IMG/VR virus record: IMGVR_UViG_3300035661_000074 | Location: 1-57,654 of that record | Reading direction: 5' to 3' (one strand) | DNA from: a virus | Lineage: Duplodnaviria; Caudoviricetes | DNA: 57,654 nucleotides | Shown: one piece after another, positions 53,572 through 57,654 of the stretch | Layout of the letters: each line of letters opens with the position of its first letter | Position numbering within the stretch: position 1 is the stretch's first letter | The notes under the pieces: model-generated | The model's input: the letters and a program-made list of their open reading frames with translations, nothing else | Told to the model about the DNA's origin: nothing | Databases searched by the model: none | Program-made: the position numbers and the translations under genes

Positions 53572-56219
53572 TGCCCGCAGTCGGCGGCACCATCATCGAG
53601 CCTCGCGAGCCGATGATGCCGGCCCAGCTCGTCCCGCGTCCCGACGATTCGGTGTCGGACGTCATGAGCCAGCAGTCTGGCAGCGGCACCGGCACGGCTG
53701 ACCCGTTCACCGTCAACGAGCTGTCGCGCGCCATCGAGGAAATCCATTTCCAGCCCGACTTCCGCAAGGGCCAAGACCGCGACTGCGATTACTACGACAA
53801 CAATCAGCTGTCGCCTGACGTGCTCGCCGAGATTGAGCGCCGCGGCATGCTGCCGGTGGTGCGTAACCTCATTCAGCCCACCATCGACGTGGTGCTCGGC
53901 CTCGAAGCCAAGCTGCGAACAGATGCGCGCTGCGTCGGCGACACCGATGAATACCAGGACGTCGCCGAAGCGCTGAGCCAGAAGCTGAAGGAAGCGACCC
54001 GCGAAGCGATGGTCAATGAGGTCATCGCCGATGCGTTCGCTGGCCAGGTCAAAGCCGGCATCGGTTGGGCCGAAGTCGTCCGTGCCTCTGACCCCTTTGC
54101 CTATCCCTACGAGTGCAATCACGTCCACCGCCGCGAGATGTACTGGAAGTGGGAAGCCCGTAAGCCGCTGCTCGAGGACTCGACGTATCTCATGCGTCGC
54201 CGGTTCTTCGATGACACGACCGTCATGGCTTTCTTTCCGCAGGCCAAGGACATGCTGCGCGACATGGCCAGCGGCTTCCCGCTCGATTACTGGCTTCGCC
54301 CTGGCATGGAAAACGCGCAGAACGGATTCGAGCTTGGTGTCGACTCCATCAACCGCTGGTCGATGGAAGAGTGGGAATGGCGCAATCCAGACCGCCGCCG
54401 CCTCGCGCTGTTCGAGGTTCACTATCGGCGTTACGTGCGCGGCTACTACTTCCGAAACCCGCAGAACGGCCAAGCCGTCGAGCTGAACCTGCGTAATCCG
54501 ATGCACAAGGCACTGATCAGTGCCGGCCGCGTGCAGCCGCAGCAGGCGGTCTATACCAAGCTGCGTCGCGCCATCTTCTGTGGTCCCGCGAAGCTCTACG
54601 ACGGCGATGTCAACAGCCGCATGACGCCCTATGTGCCCTTCATCGCGTACCGCGAGGACTTGACCGGCATTCCATACGGCCTCATCCGCACGATGATCAG
54701 CCCGCAGGACGAGATCAACGCCCGCGCGCAGAAGATGCTGTGGCTGCTCGGCGCCAAGCGCGTGACCATGGACTCCGATGCGCTCGACCAGCAATCGAAC
54801 GACGTCTCGGATGTGCTGGCCGAAATGGGCCGCGCTGATGCGGTGGTGGTGCTCAACCCTGAGCGGCGCAACCGTGACCGCGATGCCTTCTCTGTCGACG
54901 ACAATCTGCAACTCGCCGATGCGCAGTACAAGGTGCTGCTCGACAACATCCAGTCAATGCAACAGGTGCGCGGCGTCTTCTCGGCGATGCTCGGCTCAGA
55001 CAGCAATGCCACCTCCGGCATCGCTATCAACTCGCTGATTGAGCAGTCGACCACAGTGCTCGCCAAACTGCTGTCGAACTACAAGACCAGCAAGCGCGCT
55101 GTGCACGAACGCATCGTCGAGATGCTGAGCCAGGACTTGTCGGGCCAGCCGGTGGAAATCGTCGTTAAGGAAACCGGCACCTACAAGAAGACCATCATCC
55201 TCAATCAGCCGACGGTCGATCAGGCCACGGGCATGCCGTACCTCAAGAACGACGTATCGCGCGCCAACATCAAGGTCGCCATCGAGGACGTGACCGCGTC
55301 GCCGGCCTACCGCACGCAGCAGCTGTCGATGATCTCGGAGGTCATCAAGGGTCTGCCGCCCGAAGGTCAGATGGTCGTGGCACCGGCCTTCATCGAGGCG
55401 ACCGAGCTGCCTGACCGCGACAAGTACGCCGATCAGCTGCGCAAGATGTCCGGCATGGTCGATCCGTCGAGCCTGTCGCCGGAAGAGCAAGCGCAGCAGC
55501 AGGCCGCGCAGCAGCAACAACAACAGTTCCAGCAGGCGATGGCTCAAGCCCAACTCGCCGAACAACAGGCCAAGGCCAACAAGCTCGACGCCGAAGCGCA
55601 AGTCGCGCGCAACTCCATCAATGGACTGCAAGCCGGTCACGATCAGGCCGTACAGACTGCCGTCAGCCAGGTGCAGGCTGTCGCCAACAAGCAACTCGAT
55701 GCGCTGCAGGCAGAAGTCGCGCAGCTCAAGACCAAGATGGTCGACCGCAAGATGGAGCTTGCCGTCCACCACCAGACCGCTATCAAGAAAGCCGCCATCG
55801 ACGGCAACGCCAAAGTCGAGGCCGAGCGCATTCGCGCGGCCGCACAGTCGCAGGTTGACGGCTACGCCGCGCAACTCGAAGGCATGGAGAAACGCATGCT
55901 CGACCTCGTGAAGCAGGTCGAAGACGGCCTCACCGCGGCGCTTGAAAAAGAGAAGCAGGCAGCGAAGGAGCGTGATGTTGCAAAGCGCGAGCAGGAAGCC
56001 AGCGACAAGGCGAGCGCCGCCGACAAGAGCAAGACCGACGGCACCGGTGACATCAAGGCCGTCATCGAAGCGGTGAAGGCCGTCGGTGAGCAATCCGCGA
56101 AGGACACCAAGGAAACACTCGCCGCCATCGAAGCGGCCGTCTCGAAGCCCCGAAAGATCACCCTCGAAACCGACAAGAACGGCGACCCGATTGGCGCCGT
56201 GTCGACCGTGGAGAACTGA
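53571..56219 (+). CDS. Portal protein (P22-like, long C-terminal coiled-coil barrel)
   Basis: DYYDNNQ..NLIQPTID.VLGLE..PYVPF..PYGLIR.M.SPQDEIN..NATSGIAI; Gln-rich C-terminus. Confidence 0.92.
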   Translation: MPAVGGTIIEPREPMMPAQLVPRPDDSVSDVMSQQSGSGTGTADPFTVNELSRAIEEIHFQPDFRKGQDRDCDYYDNNQLSPDVLAEIERRGMLPVVRNLIQPTIDVVLGLEAKLRTDARCVGDTDEYQDVAEALSQKLKEATREAMVNEVIADAFAGQVKAGIGWAEVVRASDPFAYPYECNHVHRREMYWKWEARKPLLEDSTYLMRRRFFDDTTVMAFFPQAKDMLRDMASGFPLDYWLRPGMENAQNGFELGVDSINRWSMEEWEWRNPDRRRLALFEVHYRRYVRGYYFRNPQNGQAVELNLRNPMHKALISAGRVQPQQAVYTKLRRAIFCGPAKLYDGDVNSRMTPYVPFIAYREDLTGIPYGLIRTMISPQDEINARAQKMLWLLGAKRVTMDSDALDQQSNDVSDVLAEMGRADAVVVLNPERRNRDRDAFSVDDNLQLADAQYKVLLDNIQSMQQVRGVFSAMLGSDSNATSGIAINSLIEQSTTVLAKLLSNYKTSKRAVHERIVEMLSQDLSGQPVEIVVKETGTYKKTIILNQPTVDQATGMPYLKNDVSRANIKVAIEDVTASPAYRTQQLSMISEVIKGLPPEGQMVVAPAFIEATELPDRDKYADQLRKMSGMVDPSSLSPEEQAQQQAAQQQQQQFQQAMAQAQLAEQQAKANKLDAEAQVARNSINGLQAGHDQAVQTAVSQVQAVANKQLDALQAEVAQLKTKMVDRKMELAVHHQTAIKKAAIDGNAKVEAERIRAAAQSQVDGYAAQLEGMEKRMLDLVKQVEDGLTAALEKEKQAAKERDVAKREQEASDKASAADKSKTDGTGDIKAVIEAVKAVGEQSAKDTKETLAAIEAAVSKPRKITLETDKNGDPIGAVSTVEN

Positions 56220-56221
56220 CC

Positions 56222-57654
56222 ATGCGCCGCCTGATTGCTCTGCTGTTTTCGTGTTTGTCGCTGTCCGTGCACGCCACCACCCTGGCTGACCAGGTCGCAG
56301 CCATGACGCCGGGCACATGGGCGCTGATTTCTACCGAGAGCACAGCCGCCGCCGTAGACCCATCGCGTGACCCGGCGACTAACGAGCGCTGCCGTGCTGC
56401 GGGCCGGTCGGCACCATGCACTGGCGTCGTCCCGTACTACAGCGGTAGCGCATCGACTGATGGCGCGATGTATGGCGCCTGGAACGGTGGCGCGTTTGCT
56501 TCCGGCATCGGGACGTGCGGCACGCTGCTGTTCGCTGGCGGTGGCCACACTGACTGGTACGGCAACGAAGTCACCGGTCTCGACATGTGTGGCGGCACCG
56601 ATGGAGCGCCGGTCTGGCGTCTCATGGCTGCGCCGTTCGATCCCAGCTCCAGTGCATCGAACATGATGGACGTGACCGGCTCGTTCCCGGCGGCGCCGGC
56701 CGGCAAGCAGCGCAGTCCATCGCATGGCTATGGTGGTATCGCATCGCTTGGTGATGGCCTGTTCGCCTCGACCTCTGATTCCTGCCGCAGCGAGAACGCG
56801 ACCGGCTGCACGACGCCGCACGAATACGCGCCTGACGCCTGGCTGTGGAAGCCTGTCGGCGGCTGGGCCGGCCCGTTCCTCCACGACGGCGCGCAGGCGG
56901 GCTGTGCTATCGCCGATACCAAGCGCAAGGTCTATTGGTTTCAACCTGATATTGCTGGCGGCCGGCCGGGCCAGTTCAGCCAGTTCAACCCAGGGACCGG
57001 CGCAGTCCTGATGTATGGCGTGCCCAACAAGGGCGGCAGCGAACACATGTGCGGCTATGACCCCGACCGCGACATGCTTGTGCTTATGGCCTGCACGACT
57101 TCGGCCTGCAATGTGTCGGAGAAAGACCCAAACAATCCCGCTGGCCCGTGGACCGTTGTCACGCAGATCAACAAGCCGACGCTGACCAATGAATTCGCGG
57201 GCGGCTCGACGCTGTCGTGGTCCGCGCGGCGTCATGCCTTCATCGTGTTCGCGGGCAACGCGAACAATCCTCGGGTGTACGAACTCAAGTCGACTAGCGT
57301 GCTGCAGGATACCTGGACGCTGCTAACCGACCCGTCGATCGTCGCGCCTATCGCGGTCTCGCAGAATGGCCTGTTCGGTAAGTTCCAGGTCGTGCCGACC
57401 GACACCGCCGAAGTGTTGATCGGCACCACCGGGTTGACTGGCGGCGTCTGGGCGTTTCGCATTCCCGGCACCGAGCTTGCGCGCCTGCCGTGCTCCAGCC
57501 CCGGCGTGTTTGTGTGCGAGTCGTTCGCCGGCTCGACCAGCGGAAAGCTCATCGCCAGCATGTCGGGCTCTGGTGTGCGGCCCGAAGTGAAGAACGGCGC
57601 GCTGCAATTCACGATACCGGCACTCTCCGGCGCTGATGCTGGCGGGCATTTCGA
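56222..57654 (+). CDS. N-terminal part of a secreted-type beta-propeller plus jelly-roll protein, continuing into 12-1187
   Basis: ATG after GGAG; leader MRRLIALLFSCLSLSVHA|TT. AWNGGAF..LLFAGGGH.DWYGNEV is a kelch/galactose-oxidase-like motif. No stop before the window end. Confidence 0.75.
   Translation, partial: MRRLIALLFSCLSLSVHATTLADQVAAMTPGTWALISTESTAAAVDPSRDPATNERCRAAGRSAPCTGVVPYYSGSASTDGAMYGAWNGGAFASGIGTCGTLLFAGGGHTDWYGNEVTGLDMCGGTDGAPVWRLMAAPFDPSSSASNMMDVTGSFPAAPAGKQRSPSHGYGGIASLGDGLFASTSDSCRSENATGCTTPHEYAPDAWLWKPVGGWAGPFLHDGAQAGCAIADTKRKVYWFQPDIAGGRPGQFSQFNPGTGAVLMYGVPNKGGSEHMCGYDPDRDMLVLMACTTSACNVSEKDPNNPAGPWTVVTQINKPTLTNEFAGGSTLSWSARRHAFIVFAGNANNPRVYELKSTSVLQDTWTLLTDPSIVAPIAVSQNGLFGKFQVVPTDTAEVLIGTTGLTGGVWAFRIPGTELARLPCSSPGVFVCESFAGSTSGKLIASMSGSGVRPEVKNGALQFTIPALSGADAGGHF
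57063..57654. repeat. Right copy of the imperfect terminal overlap
   Basis: Matches 1-592 with 22 substitutions. Confidence 0.95.

Noticed and set aside
57063-57654. True direct terminal repeat of the virion DNA
   Set aside because: The copies differ at 22 sites, lie mid-gene and have k-mer-sized identical flanks, which fits an assembly bubble better.
1-57654. CRISPR array, tRNA/rRNA genes, integrase, transposase
   Set aside because: None recognised by eye; tRNAscan and HMM searches would be needed to exclude divergent examples.

Overview
The window is an essentially complete, GC-rich, podovirus-like dsDNA phage genome of about 57.06 kb, probably infecting a Gram-negative proteobacterium. 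It is opened inside one gene: nt 1-592 recur at 57063-57654 as a second allele with 22 substitutions. The + strand late arm runs Q-like antiterminator, HNH, lysis cassette, terminases, portal, then a ~9 kb accessory island, scaffold, N4-gp56-type capsid, adaptors, nozzle, tail fibre and three ejection proteins. The island holds a repeat fibre, a GT-A glycosyltransferase, a SAM methyltransferase and three proteins with signal-peptide-like N-termini. The last ejection protein is a 2404-aa polyvalent protein (pyrophosphatase-like, ADP-ribosyltransferase-like, zincin and LPD38 domains). The - strand early arm carries a HicBA-like pair, Mom-like and TGT/DpdA-like modification candidates, a DnaQ-WYL fusion and an SSB-like protein. 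The lambdoid switch keeps cro and operator-like sites, but cI is only a 50-codon stump and no integrase is visible. Replication and nin-like genes, including a clear Tad1 homologue, follow. The most novel-looking signal is two small genes with their own RBS and GC3-rich codons overprinted in the +1 frame inside the polyvalent protein; one ends exactly where the ART-like domain begins, making it a candidate nested antidote. All family assignments come from motif recognition by eye, not database searches.
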